This document shows positions 61,994 through 64,000 of a stretch of DNA of 64,000 nt, in pieces. Below the pieces are notes generated by a model that was given only the letters and a program-made list of their open reading frames with translations, made no database searches and had not been told where the DNA came from. A program made the position numbers and the translations under genes. Source of the stretch: an uncultured Gammaproteobacteria bacterium (GTDB taxonomy: Bacteria > Patescibacteriota > Patescibacteriia > UBA11705); assembly GCA_964413735.1 (NCBI GenBank), contig CAYPSS010000003.1, positions 106,626 to 170,625 of the forward strand, given 5' to 3'. Each line of letters starts with the position of its first letter. The stretch's first letter is position 1.

Positions 61994-64000
61994 ATGTCAT
62001 TGTTAAGTTTAATTTTCGGCGATCAAAACGAAAAATATATTAAAACTTTGTCCCCGCTCGTGGAGAAAATTAATGAATATGAAAAACAAATATCAACCTT
62101 AACTGATGAACAGTTGAAAAGTAAAACTATTGAATTTAAAAATCGTTTAACGCAAAATGAAACGCTGGACGATATTTTGCCCGAAGCGTTTGCGGTAGTC
62201 CGGGAAGCATCGAAGAGAACTACGGGTATGCGTCATTTTGATGTGCAGTTAATTGGTGGAATAGTTTTGCATCGTGGTGAAATCGCGGAAATGAAAACCG
62301 GAGAAGGTAAAACCTTGGTAGCAACCACGGCGGTTTATTTAAACGCTTTGGCGGGCAAAGGTGTGCATGTAGTAACGGTTAATGATTATTTGGCGCGTCG
62401 TGATGCCGTATGGATGAGTCAAGTTTATAATTTTTTGGGTTTGAGTATCGGGGTGATTCAGCACGAAAAATCTTTTTTGTACGATGAATCTTTTAAAGGT
62501 TCTGATGTGGTGGATGCCGGTCGCGACGAACAAGCCAGTTACAAGGTGGAGGATGCGTATTTGCGTCCATGTACTCGTCAGGAAGCTTATGGTGCGGATA
62601 TTACCTATGGAACCAATAATGAATTTGGATTTGATTATTTGCGTGATAACATGGCGCCCACCTTGTCTCAAAAAGTGCAACGCGGTTGGAGTTATGCCAT
62701 TGTGGATGAGGTTGATTCAATTTTAATTGATGAAGCGCGGACGCCACTGATTATTTCCGCACCGGCGGAAGAATCGGCCAATTTGTATGGAAAGTTTGCG
62801 GGGCTGGTCCCACAATTGGAGGTCAATCGAGATTTTAATATTGATGAAAAAATGAAAGCTACCACTTTGACGGAAGCGGGAATTAATCGAATTGAGAATA
62901 TGCTTGGGATGGGAAATATTTATACTCAAGGTGGTATGCAAATGGTGCATCATTTGGAACAAGCTTTGCGCGCGCATGCATTATTCAAAAAAGATGTGGA
63001 TTATGTGGTGAAGGATGGTGAAGTGATTATTATTGATGAATTTACCGGACGCTTGATGCCCGGTCGTCGCTATTCCGAAGGATTACATCAAGCCATTGAA
63101 GCAAAAGAAGGCGTGGAAGTGAAAAAAGAAAGTCGAACTTTAGCAACCGTTAGTTTCCAAAATTATTTCCGATTGTATGATAAATTAGCCGGTATGACCG
63201 GTACGGCGGTGACGGAAGCGGAAGAGTTTAACAGTATTTATAAATTGGATGTGACGGTCATTCCGACCAATAAACCGATTGAACGAAAAGATTTGTCTGA
63301 TCGGATTTATGCTACGGAAATGGGGAAATTCAAGGCGGTGATTGAACAAATAAAACAAATTCACGCTACCGGGCAACCGGTATTGGTGGGTACGATTTCG
63401 ATTGAAAAAAATGAATTTTTATCTTCTTTGTTAAAACAAGCCGGGATTACTCATAATCTGTTAAACGCCAAACATCATGAGCGAGAAGCGGAAATTATTG
63501 CGCAAGCCGGACGCGTCGGGGCGGTGACGATTGCTACGAACATGGCCGGTCGTGGTGTGGATATTATTTTGGGTGGAGCGCCTTTTAACAAGGAAGAATA
63601 TGACAAAGTGGTGAAATTGGGTGGGTTGTATATTTTGGGTACCGAACGCCATGAATCGCGACGAATTGATAATCAGCTTCGTGGACGAGCCGGTCGGCAG
63701 GGCGATCCGGGTGTTTCCCAATTTTCCGTTTCCATGGAAGATGATTTGATGCGAATATTTGGTTCTGATCGGGTGAAAGGTTTGATGCAACGCTTGGGTT
63801 TGCCCGAAGATATGCCGATTGAAAATCGAATGATTTCCAATTCCATTGAGTCGGCGCAAAAAAGAGTGGAAGGCAATAACTTTGATATTCGAAAACACTT
63901 GGTGCAATATGATGATGTGATCAATAAACAACGCGAGGCGATTTACAAAAAGCGTGATGAAATTTTGGATTTATTCGAAAATCAGCCGGAGAAATTATCT
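61994..64000 (+). CDS. secA: Preprotein translocase ATPase SecA (3'-truncated at window end)
   Basis: Not in the supplied ORF track but open from ATG 61994 to the window edge. Motifs [13 protein letters not shown] (Walker A), [32 protein letters not shown]. Confidence 0.9.
   Translation, partial: MSLLSLIFGDQNEKYIKTLSPLVEKINEYEKQISTLTDEQLKSKTIEFKNRLTQNETLDDILPEAFAVVREASKRTTGMRHFDVQLIGGIVLHRGEIAEMKTGEGKTLVATTAVYLNALAGKGVHVVTVNDYLARRDAVWMSQVYNFLGLSIGVIQHEKSFLYDESFKGSDVVDAGRDEQASYKVEDAYLRPCTRQEAYGADITYGTNNEFGFDYLRDNMAPTLSQKVQRGWSYAIVDEVDSILIDEARTPLIISAPAEESANLYGKFAGLVPQLEVNRDFNIDEKMKATTLTEAGINRIENMLGMGNIYTQGGMQMVHHLEQALRAHALFKKDVDYVVKDGEVIIIDEFTGRLMPGRRYSEGLHQAIEAKEGVEVKKESRTLATVSFQNYFRLYDKLAGMTGTAVTEAEEFNSIYKLDVTVIPTNKPIERKDLSDRIYATEMGKFKAVIEQIKQIHATGQPVLVGTISIEKNEFLSSLLKQAGITHNLLNAKHHEREAEIIAQAGRVGAVTIATNMAGRGVDIILGGAPFNKEEYDKVVKLGGLYILGTERHESRRIDNQLRGRAGRQGDPGVSQFSVSMEDDLMRIFGSDRVKGLMQRLGLPEDMPIENRMISNSIESAQKRVEGNNFDIRKHLVQYDDVINKQREAIYKKRDEILDLFENQPEKLS

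Noticed and set aside
62339-63931. Minus-strand ORFs 62339..62680, 62723..62977, 63185..63376, 63461..63931
   Set aside because: All lie antisense within the clearly conserved secA reading frame ([33 protein letters not shown]). They are spurious shadow ORFs.

Overview
This window is AT-rich and gene-dense, with short intergenic spacers, frequent ATGA/overlapping start-stop junctions, many small membrane proteins and lineage-specific ORFs; I infer a reduced-genome Patescibacteria/CPR-like bacterium, but that is an inference. Recognisable housekeeping genes from left to right: Clp ATPase, htpX-lemA, a phosphohexomutase, murI, rseP, gap, prepilin peptidase, NAD-dependent DNA ligase, gatC-gatA, queH, a UvrD/PcrA helicase, a split transketolase, a second membrane-anchored zinc-ribbon Clp ATPase, a MraY/WecA-like GT4, rplU, recR-ybaB-dnaB, folD-glyA, an Elp3-like radical-SAM/GNAT protein, murC, a pgeF-like gene, murB, hpf and secA (3'-truncated). 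Non-standard content: (1) a sharply GC-rich mini-island near 10.4-11.4 kb holding a tiny membrane-peptide gene and a GC-rich 102-aa ORF with foreign-looking codon usage, each with its own sigma70-like promoter and terminator, followed by an approximately 88-bp hairpin-containing repeat array; (2) a second GC-rich, promoter/terminator-bounded, non-coding-looking element of approximately 375 nt at 47.2-47.6 kb that looks like a structured ncRNA (class unresolved; RNase P RNA is one candidate); (3) three tandem mosaic paralogs (33.4-36.4 kb) with conserved N/C termini, a variable LRR-like 21-aa repeat core and an in-frame 63-bp tandem repeat, suggesting recombinational diversification; (4) a paralogous gene pair plus a third gene that all carry the same approximately 25-nt leader motif ending in AAGGAGG; (5) a GxxExxY-family pseudogene. 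No tRNA, rRNA, CRISPR array or transposase was recognised.
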